Positions 50,880 through 64,000 of a DNA stretch of 64,000 nt are shown here, one piece after another. The stretch's first letter is position 1, and each line of letters opens with the position of its first letter. The stretch comes from Eledone cirrhosa (taxonomy: Eukaryota), in assembly GCA_964016885.1 (NCBI GenBank), contig OZ024741.1:359538001-359602000 (forward strand), read 5' to 3'. Position numbers and translations under genes: made by a program. The notes beneath the pieces are model-generated. The model worked only from the letters and a program-made list of their open reading frames with translations. It was not told the DNA's origin and searched no databases.

Positions 50880-51260
50880 ATCTTAGCAGGACAACTAAGA
50901 GGGAATGCAAGATAGACCAGTAAACTGGATGTGACCTTCAGCAACTATTTGGTTCGGTCTTCTTGATCTTCTAAGCCTCAACACCTCATCATTTTTCACC
51001 CTGTCTTTCTATGATAGTTTCAAGATTCTATGAAGACATCTCATGTGGAAGGTGTTCAGCAGATTAACAACTTTTGGGGTCGATTTCCAAGTCTCACATA
51101 CATATAAAGAAGGGGAGAGAACTATCGAGTTGTACAGCCTTAGCTTTATTTGTTGGTTGATCACACTTGACACCCTGATTTTCTGAGTCATTTGAAGACA
51201 TGAGCTAACCTGGTTTTGTCATCTTTTTCGATGTCACCAGTGTGGAATTGTACACTCCCA
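50880..51260 (-). mobile_element. Fragment of another RTE-type LINE
   Basis: KLRLYNSIVLS..LY.CETW..LNTFH.RCL.RIL. Confidence 0.7.
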
Positions 51261-51351
51261 ACATACCTACATATGTGTGTGTATATATATAGAGAGAGAA
51301 TGAGGAAGGGGAGAGGAGAGATATGTTGTACATAATACATATAATTATATA

Positions 51352-51538
51352 TAATTGTTTCTATTTTAGGCACAAGGCCAGCAATTATTCAGTACATTAC
51401 TGGTACTTTATTTTATCGACCCTGTAAGGATGAAAGGCAAAGTTAACCTCGGGCGGATTTGAACTCAGATCGTAAAGGGACGTAACTATGCTGGAAAGCA
51501 TGGCATCAGACCCTCTACTGATACTGCCAATTCACCGC
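51352..51538 (-). mobile_element. tRNA-related SINE (same family as 27298)
   Basis: Direct sequence similarity to 27298-27481. Confidence 0.85.
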
Positions 51539-51550
51539 ATATATATAATA

Positions 51551-52069
51551 CTAGACCACCCATGACCCGTTGGGTCACGTTCACTTCAAATTTTTTTTAA
51601 AAATCACGTTCACTTAAAAATCATTTTTACATAATTAAAATATACACAGACATGTATATAATGTGAAATGAAACCGGAAGGCCCATATATATACATGTGT
51701 GTATGTATATATATAAATGTGCGTGCTTGTATATATAAATATATGTATGTGTGTGTGTATATATATGTGGGTGTCTGTGATCTATATACACTGGTCATAG
51801 ACACACACACACACACATATACACACACATATATACACACACACACACACACTCACATGTATATATATATGCGCAACAACACCACCAGCTCTCTCTTCCA
51901 TTCTCCTTCATGGGAACCTGTGGTCCGATTTACGCGAAACGTGTTTTATTCCATTTGTATTCCCATTTCAGGGTCAACTTCCTTTCAAAGTATTTTCCCA
52001 TTATGCGCCCTTTTGGCTGTATTACATTACAGACAAGCAAGCAATCACAGAATTTTAGTAATATATAAA
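51551..52069 (-). mobile_element. Helitron-like non-autonomous element
   Basis: Minus-strand 3' hairpin gtgacc.caacg.ggtcat then CTAG; TATATAT-type 5' end. Confidence 0.55.
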
Positions 52070-52464
52070 TAATTATAACATAAATTTTTCCAAGCAAAAA
52101 TGTTCCCCCATTGCTAACAATGTCCTATATCTCCAGATCCATGTCTGTATCTACTACTGTGTTTACAATATGATTATAACTATGCCAGTTCATTCATAAA
52201 AGGTTTAACATTTTTCATTCATCTTTTAACAAATACAAAATAAAAATTTACCTCTGTGGTAGTCGGGGTCCAAAGACACCAGAGGTCTCAATGGCAACAG
52301 GCGCACAAAAAGGAAACATTCAGTCAGTGATCTATATTCAGTTATCTTCCACTCCTCTAGGTTATGGGTGGCTGAACCAATGATGTTGACACTGGAGAAT
52401 ATGTTGCTGCTTGTGAGCGACTTACCCACCTTTTAACAAATAGTTTTCATTTTTACCATTATTT

Positions 52465-52785
52465 GTTTAAGCCCCCTTCAGTCATGACTGACCATGGGTT
52501 TGCACTTGACAAGTTCCTTTCAAAAGCCCAAACTTGGGCGAGGTGTTTTGTGGAAGACCAGTAGTTGCTCATGCATGCCAGTCTCCCCTCTTCATGCCAT
52601 TGAAGCTGTCCAAGAGAAAGGAAAATGCTGATACAGCTTGACAACAATGTCATTGCAACTCATTTTTACCAGCTCAGTAGACTGAAATAACAAGAAAGAA
52701 AGTGTCATGAAGAAATACTCCATACACTGCCTGATCCAGTAATTAAACTCATGAACTTGTAATTAAACTCATAAAACCATGCACC
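52465..52785 (-). mobile_element. Degenerate SINE
   Basis: Decayed tRNA-like head and central domain; 3' hairpin gtca.gtca.tgac. Confidence 0.4.
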
Positions 52786-53329
52786 TTCACTCCACCATTA
52801 TTAACAGTTGTAAATCTAGCAATACTCATTATCATCATCATCATCATCGTCGTTTAACGGCTATCTTCCACGCTACATTTATATTTTTCTCTTCTCGAAA
52901 GTTTCTAAGTAAATATATACTCAGGAAATCACAAAAGTCGCCTGGGTATATAAAAATATATACACAGTATGTCACAAGTCCAGACCCGTCACCAAAAGAG
53001 GTACTGGTTGTAACTGACCCCTGACTTTTCAATGGTGCACCATTAGATTTAGAAAATAGAGTTTATAAAGGTGTCCTAAAATACGTTCCATGAAGTCTTA
53101 ACTTTATTAATTTTTCAAATCAAGAACAAAGAACAAAAATATATTATAAAAAAAATACAAACAAAAATGTTAACCAAAGAAACTGGTAAAAGCATTCCCC
53201 AAGGAATTAGGGTGTCCACCTAGAATGTTCTGAGGCCCACCAAGCACCAAAGTCTGGAGACAAGTCTGCAAAAGGCATTTAAAAGAATATACACATGGTG
53301 TCACAAATATCACCCATGTATTTTAAGAA

Positions 53330-53600
53330 TGGAGGCATGTAGCCTAGGGGTAAGGGTGTTGGACTTACAATCACAATAGCGTGGGTCCAATTCCTGGGTT
53401 GTGTGTTGTGTTCTTGAGCAAAACACTTTATTTCACGTTGCTCCAATATACTCAACTGAAAATGAGTACCAGCAATAGCCAGGGGTTTAACCCTGCGATC
53501 GACTAGTGTCTTGTCTTGTGTTCTCAGTCGCTTCACACCATGAAACTGGGATAAGCACTGACCAAATGAGGCTTCTGGCTTAAGACAGACTTTAGATTTT
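53330..53600 (+). mobile_element. Degenerate tRNA-derived SINE
   Basis: Head and centre similar to 17571-17715; different tail. Confidence 0.65.
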
Positions 53601-54345
53601 TTTAGATTTTAAGAATACACACAGAATTTTGTAAACATCACCTAGGTATTTAAAAAATATATACACAGGGTGTCACAAACATCATCTAGGTATTTTTTTA
53701 AATATACACAAGATGTTGCAAACAACACCTGGGTATTTAAAAATATACACACCTTAAAAATATATGCACAGAATAACACAAAAGTAATCCAAGTACTTAA
53801 AAATTGATCAAATATTGATATTTGACTTTCAAATATCTAGGTGACTTTTGCAAGGGCTTGCTAACTACTACACACATATGAAAGTTCCCTTTTATCTATG
53901 TAGCATAATCAGAGCAACACAGTAGCTAGCTATCTATGTTGAATAACAATTGGGACCTACATTAAACTTAGCATCCAACTTGATACACAACCAGTGTCAC
54001 AGAGAGCAAAACAACAGCCAAGTGACATTTGGGATTTTACAAGTGGGAGGAGTTGTGATAGGAGTGTTAGAATTTAAGAGGAATGGAAAGTACAGTGACA
54101 ATTATAGTAATATTGATTAGTGGTAGTGGTAATGATAGTGTAATAAGGCTAGGTGTGGACATTGTAACATGGTAAAGTTACACAAAGATCAACAGAGGGT
54201 GATAGATGGGAAAGTAAGGAGAAAGGGGCAGCAGGGTAGAGAGGGGAATATGTATGTAACAATATTCATAAGAGAATTTCAATCATTATTGAAGTTATAT
54301 AAATAACTTCATGACATTGTTCCTGTTGTTATTATATTCTAACCT

Positions 54346-54960
54346 TGAGGGTGGTGTATAGGTAGTATCGGTAGAGGGTCATATGCCATGCTTTGCAGCA
54401 TAGAGTTACGGCCCTTTATGATCTGAGTTCAAATCCCATAGAGGTTAACTTTGTCTTTCATCCTTATGGGGTCGATAAAATAAAGTACCAGTCATGCACT
54501 GGGTCGATTTAATCGACTTTCCCCTCTGCCAAAATTGCTGGCCTTGTGCCTATATAAGAAACCATTATTATATTCTCACCTAAAGCAGTGGGTTAGCAGA
54601 GTCCTTAGACCATTGAACAAATGCTTTGTGGCATTTTTTCTGGCTCTTTACATTCTGGGTTCAAATACTGTTGAGGTCAACTTTACCTTTCATCCTTCAG
54701 GTGTCAATGAAATAAAATAGCATTTAACTACTAGGGATCAATCTAATTGAAGAAGGAGGTGTTTACATATGTGTATCCATGTCTGCATTTATATTTACTA
54801 CATGTTTATGTCCTGTAACTAAACAGTTCGATAAATAGAGATTGATAAAATAAGTATCAGATGTTTAAAAGTAAGTATTGGGGTTGATGTGACTAACTGA
54901 AACTCTTCAAGGTGGTGCTCCAGCCTGGTTGTAGTCCTACGACTGAAATCAATAAAAGAA
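54346..54960 (+). mobile_element. Cluster of SINE copies and fragments
   Basis: 54346-54572 matches the 27298 family; older pieces follow. Confidence 0.7.
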
Positions 54961-56068
54961 TAATAGAGATTTACTTAGCATCTTTTACACCAAATCCCCT
55001 GAAACAACACGTGGTTCCATGATACAATACTATATGTTTTAAAGTGTTTATGCTTATCTAAAATCCTGCCACCATAATTTTATGTAAGAACCTTTGTTAA
55101 GTTATGTTCCATACACCAGCTTGATACTAAGAAAGTTAGTTATATTTCCCTCCTATTTCAGAATTATGAAAAAAATCATAGGCAGTTTTTTTCATTAAAA
55201 ATATGTTAACAAAAGGGTTAAAGTCAATATTGTTTTAATTATATACACAACTTCACAGATAATAAATTGTCTAACATTTAAACAGTCCCACTTGAACCAC
55301 TGGAAGAGCCTGGCATTCTGACTATATGGGGCATTTAACCCTTTTGTGACCATATTTTTTAATTAAATAAACTATCTATATGCCTCCATTAATTTTGAAT
55401 GTAATAAAGAATTTGAATGGGTTTAGTCATGTAACCAATATTTTCATTATTAAGCGGCATAAAATTATTTTTACCAAACTCTTGCAGGAAAAAATTATAT
55501 TTTCACTAAATAAATCCATAGAGCAAAAGTTTTCATTGCCATTACAGATGATCACCTTCACACATACATACACATATGACAATAGTTGCACACACAACAC
55601 ACACACACAAACAGATAAAACAATAAACACATTCACATAGACAAATAAATACAGAAGCATTCACTACACACACACATTTACAAGACACACATACAAACAC
55701 ATACATATAAATGCAACAATAGACATGTTCATCTAGACCAAAGGTTCTGAGACAGCCAGTGTGAATGCATTTGAATGAGCATGCAGACAGCATAACTATA
55801 GTCTGACCGCAGGTGTGCAGGCATGTCTAGACATTAACTGGCAATTGAGATCCTAAAATTGGAAAAACTTACAGTCAACTGGGTCAAGGACACTTTGAGT
55901 GTAGCCAGTTAGAATCTTATCTTTCCTTCACCGATAACAATGTATTTCATGCCTGAAATTATTGACTCAACCGTAACAAGTTAACACTATGTAGATCTAT
56001 TTTATTCCCTATTGTATAAATAATATTACAAATAAAAAAAAAGAAAAGAAAAAACACAGAAGCGGGTA

Positions 56069-56302
56069 GCACACACATCTAGGACCACATACAACACAAA
56101 ATCAGATAATACACACATCTAAGACCACATACAACATATAGGCAGGTAATACACACACATGTAGGACCACATACAACACACAGGCAGGTAATACACACAT
56201 CTAGGACCACATACAACATATAAGGAGGTAGCACACACATGTAGGACCACATACAACACACAGGCAGGTAATACATACATCTAGGACCACATACAACACA
56301 TA
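56069..56302. repeat. ~39-41 bp minisatellite, ~6 units
   Basis: acacacatctaggaccacatacaacacacaggcaggtaat units. Confidence 0.9.
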
Positions 56303-56645
56303 ATCTCTGCAAGATTGGAATGTCAGTGGCCCATCTGAAAAAGAAGCCCCGCGAGGTGGGGTTGGCTGTTGCAGCAGGTGTCACTGGCCTTAATCCGCGG
56401 GAATGCCTTTGCAGTCTTGTTCGCGGAGCACTGCCCCATTACCTCCATGTCCTAGACTCAGAGCCCAATCCCCCTTCCCCCTCCCCATTCTTCCGTCACA
56501 CTAGAGCTCTTGCCTTTCTCTTTTTTTAAATATTTTTTTTATTTTACATTCCATTCTTTCTTCTCAGTCTAAACTTTTTTTTCTTTTTCTATTAAATTGT
56601 TTTTACTATAAAAATCAATTTACTACTGTTAAATAAATAAAGGTA
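56303..56645 (+). mobile_element. CRE-like RLE element, extreme 3' end
   Basis: PREVG/WLLQQVSLALIRGNAFAVL across a frameshift; T-rich UTR and AATAAA. Confidence 0.55.
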
Positions 56646-57249
56646 ACATTTTTTTTTTAGAGTAAGATAATAAACAGATTTATTTCAACAACTATTTATT
56701 TAAGATAAGGTCATACACACACCCACACACAAATATAATTTTGTGTCCAACTCCTCTCCTTATCTTTTTTAATCTTTGTTTTATCATATCTTGCTCTCCA
56801 ACTGTAACCACCAACCTACTTTTTTTAACAGAATTCCAGCTCTATCTATGCACCCTCTTTTTTAACAGTTCTTATTTACCTCTTTTTTTAACAGTCTTCC
56901 AACCATGACCATCTGTACTCTTTTTAACAGTCCTCCTACTATGACCATCTACCCTCTTTTTTAATGATACTTACACCCAGGACCACCCCTATCATTTTCA
57001 ATTGTAATCATCTGGACTTCTTAAGTGTTCCAACCGTGACCATCCAATAGAATATTTTATTTTAGTATATGTATATAAAATTGATGAGGACAGTCTGAAC
57101 AGGCTATTCTGAAAGACTTTCAGCTCAGGGATTATGGACAATCTCAAAAAATCTTTGGAATAACAGTGCTATAAGGGGCATTACCAGTTCCAGATAAGAT
57201 TTACATGCACAGAAATGCCAACAGTCAGACCTGCATGCTATCACCATTG

Positions 57250-57660
57250 ATTGCAGATTTGTAGGCTTATGTTAAACAACTGCTATCACATGTAGGACAG
57301 ATCTGGTTATCAGCTGGGTTTACAATGAAGATTGAACTGGCACCTTCTTTTTGAAGGGAAGTATAGTAATCTTTCTTTACGTAGTGGCTATGGCAAAGGA
57401 AGCTGTGTGGTAGAAATGTCTAAAAGTTTTGAGGACAGGAATCCTCTTCTGGCCAAACCCTCATCAAGTTTTTCAAGTTCCACATGAGGAGGAAGGTGAG
57501 GGTAGACAGGCAGTTACTGCCTTCTAGTGTATTTTATGAAAGAAAGGGGGAGAGCAGCAAGATTGATGAGGCTGAACGAACATACTCTGATTATGCTTTT
57601 CTAAGCAGGAGGAAAGAAACCAAGAGAATGTAATTACTCTAAAGCAAAGTTCCCTCCTTC
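57250..57660 (+). mobile_element. Old Tx1-like fragment
   Basis: gtggctatggcaaagga..gtgtgg and ttcaagttccacatgaggaggaaggtgagggtaga resemble 16665-16745. Confidence 0.55.
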
Positions 57661-57684
57661 ACCCCGCATTATTGAGAAATCCAG

Positions 57685-58018
57685 TCATCATTTCATCATC
57701 ATTTCATTTTACGTCCGCTTTTTCCCTGCTTGCAAGGGTGGGACGGGAACTGATTCTGGCTTGATTTCTACAGCTGGACCAACCTCATTTACAGTGAGTG
57801 TTGGGTGCTTTTTTTGCCGTGGCACCTCCACGACCACTTTGCAGTGGAATGATATGGACCCCAGTCCCTATCATCTCATTTCTACAGCTGAGTAAACTGG
57901 AGCAATGTGAAATAAAGTGTCTGGCTCAAGGAAACAACACATCACCCGGTCTGAGAATTGAACTCACAACCTTTTGATTGCAAGGCCAATGCTCTAACCA
58001 CTAAGCCATGTGCCTCCA
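57685..58018 (-). mobile_element. tRNA-derived SINE with RTE-derived 3' half
   Basis: Reverse complement of 17571-17919 with a small deletion. Confidence 0.9.
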
Positions 58019-58041
58019 TAGTTGACATTTATTATTTTCTA

Positions 58042-58232
58042 GGTGGATTGGCAGTATTGGTAGAGGGCCGGACGCCATGCTTTGCAGCATAGAGTTACGT
58101 CCCTTTCCGGTCTGAGTTCAAATCCTGCCAAGGTTAACTTTGCCTTTCATCCTTATGGGGGTTGATAAAATAAAGTACCAGTAATACAGTGGGATAATTG
58201 TTGGCCTTGTGCCAAAAAGTAGAAACAATTCT
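58042..58232 (+). mobile_element. tRNA-related SINE (same family as 27298)
   Basis: A and B boxes plus the central domain. Confidence 0.85.
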
Positions 58233-58707
58233 ATTATTCTATTATTGCTATGCCAACTGCTTTCTCTTCAGTTATGTCCCCTTTCCTTTATTTGATGTAA
58301 ACCTCACTCTGTGTTGTTTTTGTCATTGTATTAGGCCCTTGTAACCAAGAAAAAAATAATTATGATTATTATTATTTTGAGGGTGGTGGGTTAATGGAGT
58401 TGTTAAAGCATTAGATAAATGCTTTGTCGTATAAGTTCTAGCACTTTACGTTCTGAGGTCAACTTTGCCTTTCTTCCTTCCAAGTTCAATGAAATAAAGT
58501 AGCAGTCAAGTATAGGGTTCAATTTTATCAAATCCCCCCCCCCCCCCAAAAAAAAAAAATTGCTGGCTTTGTGCCTAAATTAGAAACCAGTAATATATAT
58601 GATTAAATTGTTATTAGTTTAGCTGTCCTCCCATGAGACTGTATTGCATAGGCGGTCTCTTGGGTGCTTTAATGACAGCCAATTCAGTCTTATCGTATGT
58701 ACATATA

Positions 58708-58976
58708 CAGTTGTCCCCCGGTATTTGCAGGGGTTACGTGCCTAGAGCACCCGCAAAGAGTGAAAAATCGCAAATATTGGATGTGGTCCAAAAAAATGCT
58801 TACAAACGTCAAAACATAAGATAAGATATAGGCCGGCAAATACAGTATATTGTTGTTAATAATTTAGCATTAAAAATATACATTGTCACTCGGTGGTTTC
58901 TATGAACAATTATTAGTTAGGTTCTAAGGAAAATTCCACGCGAATGCCAGGACTACAAATGCCAGAGGTACACTGT
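58708..58976. mobile_element. pogo/Tigger-type MITE
   Basis: TA-CAGTTGTCCCCCGGTATTTG ... AAATGCCAGAGGTACACTG-TA imperfect TIRs. Confidence 0.6.
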
Positions 58977-59031
58977 ATATATGAATGTATAAATTAGTTT
59001 ATATTAATAATAATTCCTCATCTCTGAAATA

Positions 59032-60515
59032 TCATCATCATCATCATTTTTATGTCCATTTTTCCATGCCTACATGGGTTGGATGAGTGCTTTTCAGCAC
59101 AGCATCTCTCTATATGCTGCATTCCTTCATCAGCTCCTCTGTGAGTCTCAGGAATTTGAGATCAACTCTCACCATCTCCGCCAGGTCTTCCTTTGTGTAC
59201 CTCTACTGCGGTTTCCTACCACCGGAAGTCCCTGACACTTCTTCACCCAATGATCATCATCCATGCACATCACATGCCCATACCAACACAGTCTCTTCTC
59301 TTGCACACCATTTCAGATTCCTCTTAAACCTAGTTTCTCCCTCAGTTCATCCAAGCTTTGCCTTTCTCTCACATTTATATTGCACATCAAACAAAGCATG
59401 GTTGCTTCATTTCTCTCCAACCTCCACATGTCCTCTGCAATCATAGCCGATGTTTTACTAACATGCAGCATCACACTTCACACACATGCATCATATAGCC
59501 ATCCTTTTATACATGGGGAGAAACCTTTTGTTGTCAACAGAGGGAGTAGCTCTCTAAACATCTTCCATCCTATCCCTGTTCTAGCTATTATACTCCCAGA
59601 GCACCCTCCCCCACTGCTATTTAAGTCACGAAGATAGCCAAAGCGATCAACCACTTCTATGGATCCTTCATATGATTGGAAAAGGTTTACATCATTGGCA
59701 TTCTTCCTCCCAATTACCCCTGTGCATCTTTTACATACAAAATCTTGCCTTCCTGTTAGTTTTACTCATTATGCCACTACATATCATGTGTACATCATGT
59801 ACATTATATATGGAGTTTATACCTACTCCTTTTCTACATACTGAGCAGAGCCACTTTCCTGAAGGAATCAGGGTGCTATCTTCTTTCCTACTTATGAGCA
59901 CTTTAGTTTTGGCTAAGTTTACTCTCAGAATTTGAACTGAAAATTCTGTTTCCATAGTCGGAACTTATTCTCGGGTTCTTTTATTGATCCAGCTGTAAGG
60001 ACCAGATGACTTACATAGAGAAGTTCCCATGAACAGCCAGTTTTAAACTCCACTGTGGCCTGGAGAACTATAATGAACAGCAGTGGGTTAAGAACTGAAC
60101 CTTGATGAACTCTTACCTGTACCTTTAATTCCTCTCTAAACTCACTTCCTACTCTCACTATACTAACAGCTCCTCTTTACATGGCTTGCCCTGCTCTCAC
60201 AAGCCATTCTTCTACACCTAATTTCCTTAACCCTTTAACATTTACATTACTCTATGTATACTATTGTAGTTTCGCAGTAAAGTCTTTATCTTACATATCT
60301 CACATAATATTGAATCTATGAGATTTTGATATTATTTATTTTGAGAACAATACCTTAACCTAAGCATGAGTGGCTAGTTACAGCCAGTTTGAACAGAAAG
60401 AGGTGAGGCAATTGTGGTCGGTTATGGTCGGCTTAAATGCTAAAGGGTTAAGGCCTATGTGATAATAGATCGAGGTACTGTCAAAGGCCTTTTCTAGATC
60501 AACAAAAGCTAAATT
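59032..60515 (-). mobile_element. Old RTE LINE copy interrupted by a TTAA MITE
   Basis: VHQGSVLNPLLF and AFVDLEKAFD lie on either side of the MITE; (CAT)n at 59032. Confidence 0.85.
60226..60451. mobile_element. piggyBac-like MITE with TTAA target duplication
   Basis: TTAA-CCCTTTAACATTTA ... TAAATGCTAAAGGG-TTAA; inverted relative at 63434-63652. Confidence 0.8.
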
Positions 60516-60924
60516 TAGCTTAAAAACGCCTTGTATAGAATTACATTTAGTTAAAGAGAACTTAAGTGGCTTTAATTTTAATACTAATGATATAGGAATC
60601 AATTGTCTATTATAATAGAAGTATGTTGCTTATTAAGAATATGAATTGGTAGAAGTGACAATATATAGTTCATGACAATTTTAAATTTAGATTGTTTATT
60701 AAGTAGGGTCACAATTATAATAGTAAAATATAATAGTAGAACAGGAATTCCTGTGCGGGCACGTTGAAACTATTTCTCATTTCCTATTCAAAAAATCTAA
60801 ATTAGACTTAATTATTAAGATACTCAGATAAACACAAATATCATTTTACACACTTAGGGACAAATTAGTGATATACCCATTCCTATGAATATATACATAT
60901 ATACATATGTGTGTGTGTAAACCA

Positions 60925-61402
60925 TGGTTCCGCTCTGAGAAGGGTTCGGCACGGCCAACTGGCCTGTCCCTTTTCATAACAATGCCATCCAGGTCCACAC
61001 TGTAAATATAGGTGTGACTTCCAAACCATGGGCCTACTGTAACAAGGGTTTAGCACGGCCAACTGGCCTGTCCCTCTTCATAACGGTGCCATCCAGTTCC
61101 ACACTGTAAATGTGGGTGCAGCTCCCAAACTATGGTTCGGATGTCCCTCCTCATATTGGTGCCATCCAGTTCCAGGATCCCAAACTGTGGTTCTACTTTG
61201 AGAAGGGTTTGGAGCGTCCAACTGGCTGCTCCCTCCTCATAATGGTGCCATCCAGTTCCACACTGCAAATGTGGTTGATGGCATCCAGCTGTAAAAATCC
61301 TGGCCAAATTGAGTCTCATCTGGCCAGACTTGTATCTTGACGTGGACAACCCGTCTAACCCATGCAAGCATGGAAAATAGACATTAAACGATGATGATGA
61401 TG

Positions 61403-61407
<5 letters not shown>
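60925..61407 (+). mobile_element. Non-autonomous RTE-tailed element with three ~100-bp internal repeats
   Basis: aagggtt..gcacggccaactggc..gccatccag..ccacactgtaaat three times, then RTE 3' tail and (ATG)n. Confidence 0.7.
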
Positions 61408-61452
<45 letters not shown>

Positions 61453-63433
61453 AAGGGTAAAAATATAACTCTATTTGCATATAGACAGCTATGTAGGAAA
61501 ATATATGATTATCAAATAGTTTTATACAAAGTTTATTGTGTTTATATAGTTATGATTAAGAATCTTATTCTATCTTTTTCTTCGTTTATATATATGTGTG
61601 TGTGTATGTATATGTATGTATGTTTAACTCTCTTCCTTTTAAGCATGAAACTAATAAGACTTTATGTTAATGCATACTCTTGTTTATTTTTTTCTTGTAT
61701 TCTTTATATATATATATACATGTAAAATAAATCGCTGTTATTATTATTGTTGTCCTATTTTGTGAATAAAACATGATTGATCTTGCCATTCTTGTCTATA
61801 GCTGCCTCCACTAGCTGGGAATTGTCTCTTTCATTTGCTATATCCAGGAATACCTACTGTACAGCAGATATTTAAAAGTACACAGTGCAGATAACATGGC
61901 TCATTAAACATCTACATGTCAGGACAGATATAAATTATGTTTATCTTTCATTTCATTCTTAACTCAAACTGTTACATTGGCCATACAAGTACGGCACTTT
62001 CACCACCAGTTTACTGTGTATGTATTACAAGGAGCAATTGCAAGGCTCCACATCACAGACATAAAACAAACTTGATATGAAAACAATAATTAACAACATA
62101 TCCATCTTATACAGAATCCCCCACACAACTAGACAATTAATGAAATAATTGGTATAAATAGTGGAATACAATCAGCATAATTATCACCATTTTAAATTCA
62201 CAGATAACATTTACTATTTAAAAGGGGAAAAACATTATTTCTAATAAAAGACATTATCTATGGTTTTTAAATTACTTTGAAAACAATCAAGAATTTGGAA
62301 GGAATCAGTAATACTTCTCAAGACTGATTTCATTTTCTTCTTTTAACCTTTACATTGCCAATGATTTTCAAAGCATTTCAAAAAATAATCAAGAATTTGA
62401 AGGGATTTAGTAATATAACTAACTTTCTCTTTTTTATAAAGATAGCGCTTGGAACATAACTTAAAGGTTCTTACATAAAATTATGATGCAAAGTTTTTAG
62501 ATAAATATAAATACTGTAACCCTTTTGTTACATTATTTCTAATTAAGGTCACTGCCTATGATTTTCAAACCGCTTTGAAAATAAAGAATTTGGAGGGATT
62601 TAGTAATATAACTAACTTAAAATAACAATTTTGTATTACAGAACCAGGGGTGGTTTCAGATATTTGGTACCAAAAGGATTAATGTCACTACTAACAAAGC
62701 ACAAATTTTATCATCCTTGCCTTCTGTAACATGTCAGTTACTTACACCAACCCTAAGATTTCAAGCCAATGAGAGTGGTTCTAAGCTAATGGTATCTGGT
62801 AATGTTATAGACAGTTGTTAGGGGTGAAGGTGTTAATATGTTGGAGGGTTTTAATGTGAGTATGAACATTTGAAAACAAGCAGTTTTGAATCATTAAGCC
62901 AGGGACAGTTGCAGGTAGGTTGATATCATAAGGGTTAAGTTATGGGTATTCTCTTTATGATGTGGTTATGTGTGTGTGTGCATGCATACATAAATGTATA
63001 CACACACTTGAAATGAAATGAACTTGTGTTGATTTCAACAATGAGTATTCAAATTTTAGGCAGTTTGGAATGAAAATGGTTAATGATATAAAAATCTATT
63101 AAAGATCATTCCTCATTTTGGTGATAAATATTTCATGGACTCATTCTCTCTTATATACACAAGGTCTGAATACAAGAGAACCAAACTCCCACTCTCACTG
63201 CCTCTGTCTCTCTTGCTCTCCCCACCTCTCACTATTGTGAGAAGATGGGGGCCCAATGAAATTAACATGCATGCAGCTGAGCATTGTACAGACACGTGTA
63301 AGTAAATTCAGCATAACACAGTGTGTGACATGGCTAAATCTTTGAATTACAGGTACAGTCTATCCCACAGGTTTCCAAACAATTTCTGTTTATCCAATTT
63401 CACTCACCAGGCTTGGGTTGATCTCAGGCTATG

Positions 63434-63652
63434 TTAACCATTTAGCATTTAAACCGGCTGTGTCCGACCAGAATTATCTCACCTCTTTCTGTTCAAACCG
63501 GCTGTAACCGATCACTCATGTAGATGTTAAATATTGTTCTCAAAATAAATAATATCAAAATCTCATTGATTCGATATTATGTGAGATAATTATATGAGAT
63601 ACCATGAAAATATAATGGTATATATAGAGTAATGTAAATGCTAAAAGGTTAA
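63434..63652. mobile_element. piggyBac-like MITE with TTAA flanks
   Basis: TTAA-CCATTTAGCATTTA ... TAAATGCTAAAAGG-TTAA; related TTAA/CCCTTTTG ends at 55200-55360 and 62516-62682. Confidence 0.75.
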
Positions 63653-64000
63653 ACGACACTTATCCAAGATGCTAAGTTGTGCGGTCACACAAGTGGTAGC
63701 TTATGAGTACAAATCAAAATTCTTAACCCTTCATATGTATGCAATAAAATTTATAAATTTCATTGCACAACAATAACATTATTATCATCTATATCAACTT
63801 TTTGATGGTGGCATGGGTTAGACAGGACATTTAAATGCAATATTTTACAATTGGTTACCCTTCCTAGTACCAAACCTTTTAGCTGCATCTTGCAACATGC
63901 AAAGATACAGTGTACTTATTCTAAACATGGACAACATAAAACAGAAATATATGATATATATATATATACATATATAGAGTGTCCCCGAAAAATGTATACA

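Noticed and set aside
55873-55952. Minus-strand 80-nt segment bounded by tttcag and gtaagt; one frame reads HEIHCYR*RKDKILTG (CxxU-like)
   Set aside because: All three frames contain stops, I found no partner exon or SECIS element, and such splice-like pairs are expected by chance in 64 kb. RNA-seq would settle it.
56069-56302. Regular repeats as a possible CRISPR array (also 18455-18620)
   Set aside because: Contiguous tandem units with no unique spacers, eukaryotic context and no cas genes.
61770-61856. Short minus-strand open stretch VFLDIANERDNSQLVEAAIDKNGKINH
   Set aside because: No convincing splice donor and no recognisable homology.

Overview
AT-rich, microsatellite-dense eukaryotic DNA, probably intronic or intergenic. 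The SINE/RTE repertoire looks like a coleoid cephalopod such as octopus (inference). I found no supportable host exon. The window is mostly transposon debris: about 14 RTE-clade LINE copies with (ATG)n tails (one near full length), four truncated Penelope-like elements (PLEs), Tx1-, CRE- and R4/Dong-like fragments, tRNA-derived SINEs, Helitrons, mariner/Tigger/hAT remnants and TTAA-MITEs. Three structural signals are not visible in the ORF track. (1) At least eight unrelated families of asymmetric foldback elements sit in (TA)n tracts, and most carry a type I hammerhead ribozyme motif. These include a U3-A8 core variant, a form with a ~61-nt helix II, a head-to-head pair and a tandem retrozyme-like unit. 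(2) An ACTC...GAGT(G/A)C hairpin occurs only on the long arm of these foldbacks, 3-8 nt past the point where the short arm stops (8 cases). (3) A covarying H-type pseudoknot sits in the RTE 5'UTR and recurs, tandemly repeated, in the 3'UTRs of other RTE subfamilies and in partner SINEs. All RNA structures were folded by eye and are untested.
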